The notes under the pieces: model-generated
The model's input: only the letters and a program-made list of their open reading frames with translations
What the model was told of the DNA's origin: nothing
The model's database searches: none
Source of the DNA: Thermoanaerobaculia bacterium
GTDB taxonomy: Bacteria > Acidobacteriota > Thermoanaerobaculia > UBA5066
Length of the DNA stretch: 64,000 nucleotides
Direction: 5' to 3'
Assembly: GCA_038214715.1 (NCBI GenBank)
Contig: JBBQRP010000012.1
Coordinates: 43,634 to 107,633, forward strand
Part shown: positions 38,134 through 47,205 of the stretch, one piece after another
Numbering within the stretch: the first letter of the stretch is position 1
Layout of the letters: each line of letters opens with the position of its first letter
Position numbers and translations under genes: made by a program

Positions 38134-41034
38134 TCAGCGAATGATCCGCGGCGTAATGAAGATCATGAGCTCGTCCGTGCTCTCGGTCTGTGTCCGGCTC
38201 CGGAACAGGTTGCCGAGGATCGGAATTTTCCAAAGGCCCGGAATCATGGACTGGCCGTCGTTCGTCGTGATCTTGAAGATGCCGCCGATCACGGCGGTAC
38301 CGCCGTCGCGCACCATGAGCCGCGTCTTGGCGTCGCGTGTCGTGAGCGGGATGTTCTGGCCGCCCGCGATGTTGATGCCGACCGCCGGCTCGCGCTTCTG
38401 GATCGTGACGTCCATGATGACGGTCCCCTCGTTCGTGATCTGGGGCGTGACGTCGAGGCGGAGCGTCGCGTTGATGTAGAGGACGGACGTCGTGTTGTTG
38501 ACCGTCGTCTGCACCGGGATCTGGAAGCCCGACTGGATCGACGCGAGCTCGCCGGTCTGCGTCTGGACCTTCGGGGTCGAGATGACCTTGACGAGGCCGC
38601 GGGACTCGGCGGCGTGGATCGACGCGTCCAGGTTGAACGTGTTGAGCACGTTCGCGAGGCTGAGCCTCAGCACTTGCGGCGCGCCGCTCGGGAGCGAGAC
38701 GTTCCCGGCAACGTCACCCGAGTTCGGGAAGACGAGACCCGTCGTGTTGCCGTGGGAGGCGTCCGCGAGCCCGTTGAACCCCCACACGATTCCGATCTCG
38801 TTCGAGAACGTGCGGTTCGCCTCGATGATCCGCGCCTCGATCATGACCTGCGGGCTCGCGATGTCGAGGTTCTTGATGAGGTCGAGGACCGTCGGGAGGT
38901 AGTCCGGAAGTTCCTTGATGACGAGCGTGTTCGAGCGCGTGTCGATGAAGATGTCGCCCCGGGCCGACATGACCTTCCGCGCCGTGGCCGCCATCTCCTG
39001 GGCGTTGCCGTAGGAGATCTTCTGGAGGACAGTGCGGAGCGGGCGGTTCTTGTCCTGCGCCTGGATGAACTGGAGCCGGGAGCTCTCCTCCTGCGTCAGC
39101 TTCGCGGTGGACGCGATCCGCATGATGTTCCCCTCAAGGACGTACCCGAGCTGGTTGATCTTGAGGATCAGCTCGAGCGCCTGGTCCCAGGGGATGTCCT
39201 GAAGGCTCACGGTGACCGTGCCGCGGACGTCCGGGTCGAGGACGATGTTCAGCTGCGTCAGTTCGCTGAAGCGCTGAAGCGTGTCCTTGATGTCCGCGTC
39301 CTTGAGGTTGAGCGTGATCGGCTCGCCCGTGTACTGCTTGTCCCCGGAGCCGAGCGTGCGCGCCTCGTAAGGGTTCGCGATCTCGCGCGGGCGCGACGAG
39401 TTGTCCTGCTGCACGAGAAGTGCCTCGGCCGCCTCGATGAGGGCCTTGTCCTCCGCCGTCGCCGTCTTCTTGCGCCGGGGCTCGACGGAGGCGGCGCGGA
39501 CGGGAGCGGACGGGGGGGCCGGCGCTTTGACCTCGGCTTTGACCTCGGGCTTTGCTTCCGGCTTCACGTCAGCCTTCACCTGGTGGAACTCGGGCGGGGC
39601 CTGGACGAGACGGGGCGCCTCCCTCTCGGACGCGGGCTTCGTGTCGAGAGGCCTCGTGTCGAAAGGCTTCGTGTCGAAAGGCTTCGTCTCTTTCGCCTGT
39701 TTCGCCACCGCGGCCGTCGTCGAGGCGGTCGTCACGTCGATGGCTCGGCCCTCGCGGACGACCGGTTCCTTCGGATCGTCGACTTCGTGCTTCTCGTAAG
39801 AGCCTCCCGCGGGAACCGCCGAGGCGGACGCGAGTCTCTCGGGCGCCGCGCGCACGGGCGCCGCACGCACGGGCGCCGCGGCCCTCACGGGCGCCACGGC
39901 GGTTGCCGGAGCGGATTCCGAGATCATGGCCGGAGCCGGCGGCGCGGCCGGGGCGGGAGAGAGAGCGGCGGTTCGCGACGCCTGGCCGAATGAAAGTGCG
40001 AGCGAGGAGGTCGTGTTCCTCGCCGCGGGCTCCGCGGGAGAGACGAGGTCGAACACGACTCTCGTGACGGGCTCGCTGCCGCCCTTGAACTGGGAGACAC
40101 GGACGCGGCTCACGGACTCGTGGTGGACTTCCTGCGACTTCTTCGGTGTCGCAAGGAGAACGCCGGGAAGGTCGACGACGTACCGGGGCGGGTTTTCGAG
40201 CGCGAACGTCTCCCAGGTGAAGCTTCCGTTGCCCGCGAGCGTCGCGACGAGCTTTCCGTCGACCGTCCGGACGCCAACCGCCGAAAGGCGCGTCGCGGGG
40301 CGGCCCACCGCCGCATGCCGGACGGGCACGGGCGGGCCGTCGGAGACGACCGTCGACGGCTTCGCGGCCGGCCCGGGCGCGGAAACGGTTGCGACCGGGG
40401 ACGCCGCAGCGAGGGCCGGTGTGGTCATATTGGCGGACGCCGTCTTGGCGGACGTGGCGGACGCGGCGTCTTCGACCTTCACGAGAGGCTCGGCGGCCGG
40501 CGGAGCGGTTTCCGGAGTGCGCGCGGCCTCGACGGGTAGGACCGCGGCGAGCGTCGCTGCCGGCGCGGACGCCCTGGCGGCAGGCTTTCCGAGCGCGATC
40601 GCCATGGCGGGTGAGCCCGAATCGGAGGTGATGGCAGGTTCGATCGGCCCGCGCCCGGTGAGCTCGAACTGAATGTGGGGCTTGCCCATTTCCGTGAACG
40701 ACTTCATGTCGAGCCGCGACAGGACGACGCCGTCGGCGCGGGGCGGCTCGAGCCCGGGCGACATCACGGCGTTCGCGACGTCGATGACGACCTTCGTCGA
40801 CCCTTCGCGGTTGTAGAGCGTCGGAGCGAGAGGGCCGTTTCCGGTCAGAAGGAGCCGGGGCGTCTCCCCATCGGTCAGGAGCGTGGCTCCCGTGAGCGTT
40901 GCGGGCGCGGCTCCAGCCGCGGACGGATCCCCCGCGGCGACCCGGTCGCTGCGCGACGCGCAGGCGCCCATCACGGGGACGATCAACGCGAACGCCGCGA
41001 AACGGGACGCGACTCCCCTTCGGTTTCGCCGCAT
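38134..41034 (-). CDS. pilQ: Type IV pilus secretin PilQ with extended low-complexity N-terminal region
   Basis: C-terminal secretin domain (VISTPKVQTQTGELASIQSG, IPGLWKIPILGNLF), N0/N1-like domains, and an N-terminal Ala/Pro-rich region with KPFDT and KAEVK repeats. ATG at 41034 has a GGAGG RBS. The track ORF extends to 41124. Confidence 0.9.
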   Translation of the reverse strand: MRRNRRGVASRFAAFALIVPVMGACASRSDRVAAGDPSAAGAAPATLTGATLLTDGETPRLLLTGNGPLAPTLYNREGSTKVVIDVANAVMSPGLEPPRADGVVLSRLDMKSFTEMGKPHIQFELTGRGPIEPAITSDSGSPAMAIALGKPAARASAPAATLAAVLPVEAARTPETAPPAAEPLVKVEDAASATSAKTASANMTTPALAAASPVATVSAPGPAAKPSTVVSDGPPVPVRHAAVGRPATRLSAVGVRTVDGKLVATLAGNGSFTWETFALENPPRYVVDLPGVLLATPKKSQEVHHESVSRVRVSQFKGGSEPVTRVVFDLVSPAEPAARNTTSSLALSFGQASRTAALSPAPAAPPAPAMISESAPATAVAPVRAAAPVRAAPVRAAPERLASASAVPAGGSYEKHEVDDPKEPVVREGRAIDVTTASTTAAVAKQAKETKPFDTKPFDTRPLDTKPASEREAPRLVQAPPEFHQVKADVKPEAKPEVKAEVKAPAPPSAPVRAASVEPRRKKTATAEDKALIEAAEALLVQQDNSSRPREIANPYEARTLGSGDKQYTGEPITLNLKDADIKDTLQRFSELTQLNIVLDPDVRGTVTVSLQDIPWDQALELILKINQLGYVLEGNIMRIASTAKLTQEESSRLQFIQAQDKNRPLRTVLQKISYGNAQEMAATARKVMSARGDIFIDTRSNTLVIKELPDYLPTVLDLIKNLDIASPQVMIEARIIEANRTFSNEIGIVWGFNGLADASHGNTTGLVFPNSGDVAGNVSLPSGAPQVLRLSLANVLNTFNLDASIHAAESRGLVKVISTPKVQTQTGELASIQSGFQIPVQTTVNNTTSVLYINATLRLDVTPQITNEGTVIMDVTIQKREPAVGINIAGGQNIPLTTRDAKTRLMVRDGGTAVIGGIFKITTNDGQSMIPGLWKIPILGNLFRSRTQTESTDELMIFITPRIIR
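39636..39690 (-). repeat. 15-bp coding tandem repeat (about 3.5 copies) inside the pilQ N-terminal region
   Basis: gcttcgtgtcgagag / gcctcgtgtcgaaag / gcttcgtgtcgaaag / gcttcgtctc. On the coding strand this encodes KPFDTKPFDTRPLDTKP. Confidence 0.8.
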
Positions 41035-41120
41035 GCTTCCTCCCCCGGACGACACGACATCTCCCGTGTCCTTCGAGTTCCTCGAGCCCATCAGCATCGT
41101 CGTCATGGACATCCCTTCGG

Positions 41121-41618
41121 TCACGACTTCTTCGAGAGCGTGAGCGCCTTGACCACTTCCCGGAACGGTTTCGGATTCGTGGGATCGTTGACGTTCTGCC
41201 GGAACGTCACTTCCGTAGCGGAAACTTCGACGACTTCGCCATCGAAGAGCGTGGTTCCCTTCCGGATCAGGTGCGACTTGTTGTCCGGGCCCCGCATCAT
41301 GGCGATCCAGCCCTGCTTGACCTTGATCGTGCCCTGGAGCTCGAGCTCGTCCACCATCACGCCGGCAAGGCCCGGCGGGCGAACGCGATCCTTGTCCGAC
41401 GGATTGCGAACGAGGAGCGAGCGGAACGGATCGCGGCGGCCCCCGACCTCGTACGTGTAAACCGACGGAACGAAATCCTGTTCGGTGACCTTCCCCGCGC
41501 CCGCGTCGGGCGGCGCGCCGGACGAAGTCGCGGGGGGGGCCTGTGCGAAGGCGGACGCCGTCCCGAGGCAGACGGCCAGGGAGAGGAATGCGGCGGGAAG
41601 ACTTCGGATTCTCATCAT
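41121..41618 (-). CDS. pilP: Type IV pilus assembly protein PilP (lipoprotein)
   Basis: Signal peptide plus Cys (LAVCLG) and the PilP beta-domain. The ATGATG start overlaps the pilO stop (ATGA). The track ORF 41121..42446 is rejected upstream of this. Confidence 0.8.
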   Translation of the reverse strand: MMRIRSLPAAFLSLAVCLGTASAFAQAPPATSSGAPPDAGAGKVTEQDFVPSVYTYEVGGRRDPFRSLLVRNPSDKDRVRPPGLAGVMVDELELQGTIKVKQGWIAMMRGPDNKSHLIRKGTTLFDGEVVEVSATEVTFRQNVNDPTNPKPFREVVKALTLSKKS

Positions 41619-42283
41619 TCGAGCGAATCCTTCTTGCCGGACGAAGCGACGGGCGCCTTTTTCGGCGCCGCGGCTGCGGCTGCGGCTGTCGCTCCGGTCG
41701 CGTCCGTGTCGCCGAGGTAAATGAAGGTCTTCATCGTGAAGTTCGCGCCGAGGGTCCGTCCACCCGCCGCGTCGGGGTAGCCCACCATCACGAGATCCTC
41801 GATGTTGATGATCCGCGAGAAGCGCGCGACCTTCTCGAAGAAGAGCGCGAGGTTGTGATACGTCCCGTCGACCTGGAGGTCGATGGGCCACTCCGCGTAG
41901 AAGTCCTTGTTGATGTATTCCTTCGGCGCCCACTTCTTCAGGAAAAACTCTCCCTGACCCGCGAGCGCCTGGATCTTCTTGATGAGCTCTTCGGCGTTGC
42001 GGGCGGTGGGGAGGATCTGCAGGAGCCTCTGAAGGTCGAGCTCGGTCCGGCGGACCTCCTCGCGCAGCTGGGGCAGGCGGCGCTCGGCCGCGCGGCCCTG
42101 GTTGATCTTCGCGTTGAGCTGATCGAGCTCGTTCTTCTTGTTCTCCAGCGTCTGCTTCATCTCGCCGAAATTCGGGAGCTGGTAATACGCCGCCGCGTAG
42201 AGTGCGATCGCGATCGCGAGACCGATGCCCAGTCCGTAGTACCAGGGCTTGCCTTCGAGCTGCTTGAGGTCGAGCGACGCCAT
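41615..42283 (-). CDS. pilO: Type IV pilus assembly protein PilO
   Basis: Single N-terminal TM helix, coiled coil, and a PilO-like periplasmic domain. Gene order pilM-N-O-P-Q. Confidence 0.82.
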   Translation of the reverse strand: MASLDLKQLEGKPWYYGLGIGLAIAIALYAAAYYQLPNFGEMKQTLENKKNELDQLNAKINQGRAAERRLPQLREEVRRTELDLQRLLQILPTARNAEELIKKIQALAGQGEFFLKKWAPKEYINKDFYAEWPIDLQVDGTYHNLALFFEKVARFSRIINIEDLVMVGYPDAAGGRTLGANFTMKTFIYLGDTDATGATAAAAAAAPKKAPVASSGKKDSLE

Positions 42284-42286
42284 GGC

Positions 42287-42946
42287 CTATATCCCCGCCA
42301 CGGCGGAACCGGGTCTTCCCGCTTCCGCCTTGTTCGGCGCTTCGGCCGGTTTCGCGGCCCCGGCATCGGGCTGCGTCCTGTCGATGTTCGAGAACACGAA
42401 GTTCGTCTTGAAGCAGTAGAGCGCCGAGCCCCCTGGACCTCCGCACGCCGAGAACTCGACCTTCGGTTCCTGGAAGGCGGGCACGAGCTTCAGGTTCGCC
42501 ACGAAGTTCGCGACCGCGGGCGGGTTGAAGGCCTTTCCGTCGATCGCGATGGCGTTCCCGTGATACTCCATTCGCTCGATCCAGACGAGGTCCGGGAGAG
42601 CCTTCGAAACCTCGTCCATCAGCCGGACGGGCCCACGCTGGTTCTGCTTGAGCTGGTTGATGAGGTCGACCTTGCGCTGGACGCGGGCCTTTTTCGCCTC
42701 GTAGTCCTTCACTTCCTTGAGGACCGCCTCGAGGCGCGCGACCTCGATCTGCGCGATCCGGATCTTCTCTTCCTGGGCCTTGATCTGCGACCGCAGCACC
42801 CAGTAATGGACGATCCCGATGAGGATGGCGAGACCGATGACGCCGCCCATGAGGAGCGTGTTGAGCCGCCCCGCGCCGCCCAGCGCCGAAACGCCCCTCT
42901 TCTTGCGCTGCGGCCGGGCCTCGGAGAGCAGGTTGATGCGAATCAT
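42287..42946 (-). CDS. pilN: Type IV pilus assembly protein PilN
   Basis: MIRINLL N-terminus, TM helix and coiled coil. Confidence 0.85.
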   Translation of the reverse strand: MIRINLLSEARPQRKKRGVSALGGAGRLNTLLMGGVIGLAILIGIVHYWVLRSQIKAQEEKIRIAQIEVARLEAVLKEVKDYEAKKARVQRKVDLINQLKQNQRGPVRLMDEVSKALPDLVWIERMEYHGNAIAIDGKAFNPPAVANFVANLKLVPAFQEPKVEFSACGGPGGSALYCFKTNFVFSNIDRTQPDAGAAKPAEAPNKAEAGRPGSAVAGI

Positions 42947-42950
42947 GCCG

Positions 42951-44006
42951 CTACTCCCCGATCTTCCGGACGCCGAGGCCGACGGCGATCGCGAGCGAGG
43001 GCGACGCCTCGGAGAGCCACGCCGCGTCGACGGCCCGGTCGTCCGTGAAGATCGAGCGGAACGGGTTGAGGACCTCGACCGGCAGGCCGAACTTGTCCTT
43101 GAGGACGTCTTCGAGGTGCGCGGCCTTCGCGCCGCCGCCGGAGATCATGATCGAGTCGACCCGGTCCGCGCCCGAAGTCGCCTGGAAGAAATCCAGCGTC
43201 TTTTGAAGCTCGGCGGCCGCGTCCTCGGCGACACCCGTGAGCACGGGCTGGATCGTCTGGGCCGTCTGTCCCGCCACAGGCTCGCCCCGTTTCAGCGACT
43301 CGGCCTGCTCGAAGTTGAGCGAATAGGCCTTCTGGAGGGCGTCCGTGAACTGGTTTCCGCCGAACGTGATGTCGCGCCAGAAGACCGTCTGCCCCTGGGC
43401 GAGAATGTTGACGTTCATCACGGACGCGCCCACGTTCACGAGGGCCACGACGCGGCCCGGGTCGGCGCCGTAATTCACCTCGTAACAGTTCTGGAGAGCG
43501 AAGGCGTCCACGTCGACGAGCGACGGCGTGCGCCCGGCCTGCGTGACGACGTTCTTGAAGTCGTCGACCTTTTCCTTCTTCGCGGCCACGAGAAGAACGC
43601 CCATGGTCTCGCCCACCGCGCCCGGGTCGAGCACGACGTAGTCGAGGTAGACGTCGTTGATGTCGAAGGGGACGTACTGCTCGGCCTCCCAGCGGATGGA
43701 CTCCGAGAGCTCCTCTTCCGGCATCGTCGGAAGCATGATCTTCTTGACGATGACCGAGTGGCCCGACACGGATACGGCCACGTTCGGGTTCTTTACGTTG
43801 GTGGACGCCAGGAGCCGCGAGATCGTCTCCACCACGAGGGAGGAGTCCATGATCGCGCCGTCCACGATCGCCTCCGGAGAAAGCACCTCCAGGCCCGCCT
43901 TGACGAGCTGAAACGTGCCCTCCTTGCCCTCCTTCAGCTCGACGAGCTTCACAGCCGACGAGCCGATGTCGAGACCGACCAGGTTTTTCGCCTTTCGGAA
44001 CAGCAC
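42951..44006 (-). CDS. pilM: Type IV pilus assembly ATPase-like protein PilM (actin-like)
   Basis: VLFRKAKNLVGLDIGSSAVKLVEL... actin-fold PilM. GTG start at 44006 with a GAGGGAGGG RBS. The track ORF 42951..45002 is rejected upstream of this. Confidence 0.85.
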   Translation of the reverse strand: MLFRKAKNLVGLDIGSSAVKLVELKEGKEGTFQLVKAGLEVLSPEAIVDGAIMDSSLVVETISRLLASTNVKNPNVAVSVSGHSVIVKKIMLPTMPEEELSESIRWEAEQYVPFDINDVYLDYVVLDPGAVGETMGVLLVAAKKEKVDDFKNVVTQAGRTPSLVDVDAFALQNCYEVNYGADPGRVVALVNVGASVMNVNILAQGQTVFWRDITFGGNQFTDALQKAYSLNFEQAESLKRGEPVAGQTAQTIQPVLTGVAEDAAAELQKTLDFFQATSGADRVDSIMISGGGAKAAHLEDVLKDKFGLPVEVLNPFRSIFTDDRAVDAAWLSEASPSLAIAVGLGVRKIGE

Positions 44007-44126
44007 GATAGGGTTGCCCTCCCTCGACCCGGACCCCCGGGGGCTTGACGCGAAAAGGGATTGACTCGCCTTATTTTGTCGCCCCCCTCGGGAGGGTGTC
44101 AAGTTGTTAGCTCCGCACGATTTCCC

Positions 44127-44155
44127 TTGCCCCTGTGCAACGTTGTTGGTATAAG
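44127..44155 (+). promoter_or_regulatory. Strong sigma70-like promoter with extended -10 (TTGCCC-17-TGgTATAAG) and no plus-strand ORF downstream
   Basis: TTGCCCctgtgcaacgttgttggTATAAG. The transcript would run antisense into the 3' end of rel. Possible sRNA or antisense RNA. Confidence 0.3.
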
Positions 44156-44293
44156 TGCGCCCCATCGCGAGCTTGATGATGAGGGGCGTAGGGGCGTAGC
44201 CACGCTCGCCTCGTGCCGAAGGGACCCACCGGACCCGCGTCTCCCGCTCCAAAAAACAGCACGGAAAATCGGCAATCCGGCGCGGGCGCGCCG

Positions 44294-46492
44294 TCAGCCG
44301 GCCTCGACATCCGTGTCGCGCAGCTTGCGGCGCACGTCCATCACACCCGGCAGGGCCCGGAGGGAGACGAGGAGCCGCTCGAGGTGCCGCCGGTCCCGGG
44401 TCGTGACGCTCGCCTCGATCGAGGCGTTCCCGTCGTGACTCGTGCGGGCCTCGATCGAACGGATGTTCGAGTTCGCGGCCGAAAGCACCTGCGTGATGCG
44501 GGCGAGCATTCCCTGCCGGTCTTCCGTCCGAATCTCGAGGTCGACGGTGACAGTCGCGTCCTTCGCGGTCTGCCACTCGACGGGAATCTCGCGGCCGGGG
44601 TCGAAGAGAAGCGCCCGGACGTTCGAACAGGTGGTCGTGTGCACGGAGACGCCGCGCCCCCGCGTGACGTAGCCGACGACGTCGTCCCCCGGCACGGGCT
44701 GGCAGCATTTCGCGAGCGTCGCGAGAAGATCGTTCTCCCCCTTCACACGGATCCCGGTCGTTGCGCCGAAGGGAAGAACGCGCCGAACTGCGCTCGAGAT
44801 CGCCGCGACGCGGGAGGGCGGCGGCGGCGCGCCCTCGGGGGGCGAGGCGGCCTCGGGCAGGAGCTTCGCGACGAGAGCGCGCGGGGCGATCTTTCCGGAG
44901 CCCACGTCGGCGATCAGGTCTTCGACCTTGGCGACCCCGAAATCCCCGAGCACGGTGTCGAGAGCCTTCGACTCGAGGAGCTTCGCGAGGCTCTTCTTCC
45001 ACTTCTTGAGCTCGCGCTCCAGGAGGCGCCGGCCGATCTCGACAGACTGCTCCTTCTCGGCCGCATGAATGAAGCCCTTGATCTTGTTGCGGGCCCGCGA
45101 GGTGACGGCGAAGGAGAGCCAGTCCCGCGACGGATGCGCCGACGGCGCCGTCAGGATCTCGACGATGTCTCCGTTCTCGAGGGGAGACTTGAGCGGCACG
45201 AGGCGGCCGTTCACCCGCGCGCCGACGCAGTGGTGTCCGACGTCCGTGTGGACCCGGAAGGCGAAGTCCACGGGGGTCGCTCCCCTCGGGAACGCGTAGA
45301 CGGCTCCCTTCGGGCTGAAGGTGTAGACGTCGTCCGGGTAGAGGTCGATCCTGAGAGACGACAGGAACTCCCTCGGGTCCGAGACGTCCTTCGTCGTCTC
45401 GAGGATCTGGCGGAGGACCCCGACGTGCTCCTCGTGCCGCGCGTCCGTCCGCACGAGCTTCCCCTCTTTGTACTTCCAGTGGGCCGCGATGCCGTTTTCG
45501 GCCACGAGGTCCATCTCGCGCGTCCGGATCTGCACCTCGAACGGGGGCGCGCCCTCGGGCACGAGCGTCGTGTGGAGGGACTGATAGAAGTTGCGCTTCG
45601 GCATCGCGATGTAGTCCTTGATCCGGCCCGGCACGGGGCGCCAGGACTGATGGACGATTCCGAGCACGGTGTAGCAGTCGGGAATCGTGTCCACGAGCAC
45701 CCGGAACGCGAGGACGTCGTAGAGCTGTTCGAGAGGGATGGCCTGCCGGATGAGCTTCTGCCGGATCGACCAGTAGCGCTTGACGCGTCCCGTGATCTCG
45801 GCCTCGATGCCCATCGCCTTCGTCTTCGCGACGAGTTCGAGCCGGATCTTCTCGACGTTCGCGGCCGAGGCGGCCATCCGCTCGTCCACGGCGGCGCGCA
45901 GGGCGGCGAACTCCTCTGGATGGAGGAATCGGAACGAGAGGTCCTCGAGGTCGCCCTTCATCTTTCCCATGCCGAGGCGGTTCGCGAGCGGGGCGTAGAT
46001 CTCGAGCGTCTCGGCCGCCGTGGCGCGCTGCCGCTCCTCGGGCACGTGCTCGAGCGTCTGCATGTTGTGGAGGCGGTCCGCGAGCTTGACGAGGATGACC
46101 CTGAGATCGTCCGTCATCGCGAGGAGCATCTTGCGGAACGTCTCGGCCTGCTGGGCTTCCCGCGACGTGAACGCGTACTTGCCGATCTTCGTGACGCCGT
46201 CCACGAGGTGCGCGACGTCCGCGCCGAACAGCTCGCCGATGCGCTCCTTCGAGACCGACCCGTCCTCGAGGACGTCGTGAAGAAGGCCCGCGGCGATCGA
46301 TGCGTCGTCGAGCTTCATCTCCGCGAGCGTCATCGCGACCGCGAGCGGATGGACGAGGTACGGCTCTCCCGACGACCGGAGCTGGTTGCGGTGCTCGTGC
46401 GCGGACACGACGTACGCGCGGCGCAGCAGGTCCTCGTCCACCGAGGAGTGGTAGGACTCGACCTTCTCGAGGATGTCCTCGAACCGCAGCAC
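44294..46492 (-). CDS. rel: Bifunctional (p)ppGpp synthetase/hydrolase (RelA/SpoT homologue)
   Basis: HD domain (HPLAVAMTLAEMKLD), synthetase domain, TGS and ACT C-terminal domains. Confidence 0.92.
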   Translation of the reverse strand: MLRFEDILEKVESYHSSVDEDLLRRAYVVSAHEHRNQLRSSGEPYLVHPLAVAMTLAEMKLDDASIAAGLLHDVLEDGSVSKERIGELFGADVAHLVDGVTKIGKYAFTSREAQQAETFRKMLLAMTDDLRVILVKLADRLHNMQTLEHVPEERQRATAAETLEIYAPLANRLGMGKMKGDLEDLSFRFLHPEEFAALRAAVDERMAASAANVEKIRLELVAKTKAMGIEAEITGRVKRYWSIRQKLIRQAIPLEQLYDVLAFRVLVDTIPDCYTVLGIVHQSWRPVPGRIKDYIAMPKRNFYQSLHTTLVPEGAPPFEVQIRTREMDLVAENGIAAHWKYKEGKLVRTDARHEEHVGVLRQILETTKDVSDPREFLSSLRIDLYPDDVYTFSPKGAVYAFPRGATPVDFAFRVHTDVGHHCVGARVNGRLVPLKSPLENGDIVEILTAPSAHPSRDWLSFAVTSRARNKIKGFIHAAEKEQSVEIGRRLLERELKKWKKSLAKLLESKALDTVLGDFGVAKVEDLIADVGSGKIAPRALVAKLLPEAASPPEGAPPPPSRVAAISSAVRRVLPFGATTGIRVKGENDLLATLAKCCQPVPGDDVVGYVTRGRGVSVHTTTCSNVRALLFDPGREIPVEWQTAKDATVTVDLEIRTEDRQGMLARITQVLSAANSNIRSIEARTSHDGNASIEASVTTRDRRHLERLLVSLRALPGVMDVRRKLRDTDVEAG

Positions 46493-46554
46493 GATCCCAT
46501 TATCGCGGTACCCGTACGTTTGCGGATAATCTCCGCGCGACCAAAGGAGCCCCG

Positions 46555-47205
46555 ATGGATCTCTTGAAGCAGTTCGTGGACGTCTTCCTGCACCTCGACG
46601 TGCATCTCGCCGAGGTGACGCGGAACTACGGAACGTTCACGAACCTCATCCTCTTCGCGATCGTCTTCGCGGAGACCGGGCTCGTCGTGACCCCCTTTCT
46701 TCCGGGCGACTCGCTGCTCTTCACGGCGGGCGCGCTCGCCTCGCTCGGCAGCCTCAACGTCTGGGTCCTCTTCCTCCTGCTGTCTCTCGCGGCGGTCCTG
46801 GGCGATACCGCGAACTACTGGATTGGAAAGAGGATCGGGCCCCGCGCGTTCGACGGGTCGATCCGCTTCCTCAAGCTCGAGCATCTCCGAAAGACCGAAG
46901 CCTTCTACGAGCGGCACGGGAAAAAGACGATCATCCTCGCGCGCTTCGTCCCGATCGTGAGGACGTTCGCGCCCTTCGTCGCCGGCATCGGCTCGATGAC
47001 CTACAGGACTTTCATCGCCTACAACCTCATCGGCGGCGTCCTCTGGGTCGGAATCTGCGTCTTCTCGGGCTACTTCTTCGGGAACATCCCCGTCGTGAAG
47101 AAGAACTTCTCACTCGTGGTCCTCGCGATCATCGGCATCTCGATCGTTCCCCTCCTCTGGGAGTGGGGAAAGGCCGTCCGGGCCGGCCGGAGCGTGCGCG
47201 CGTGA
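46555..47205 (+). CDS. DedA family membrane protein
   Basis: DedA/SNARE-associated motif (TPFLPGDSLLFTAGALA, ILARFVPIVRTFAPFVAG). AAAGGAG RBS. Confidence 0.85.
   Translation: MDLLKQFVDVFLHLDVHLAEVTRNYGTFTNLILFAIVFAETGLVVTPFLPGDSLLFTAGALASLGSLNVWVLFLLLSLAAVLGDTANYWIGKRIGPRAFDGSIRFLKLEHLRKTEAFYERHGKKTIILARFVPIVRTFAPFVAGIGSMTYRTFIAYNLIGGVLWVGICVFSGYFFGNIPVVKKNFSLVVLAIIGISIVPLLWEWGKAVRAGRSVRA

Noticed and set aside
39636-39690. Possible CRISPR-like repeat
   Set aside because: These are in-frame 15-bp coding tandem repeats inside pilQ with no spacers. No repeat-spacer architecture or cas genes occur anywhere in the window.
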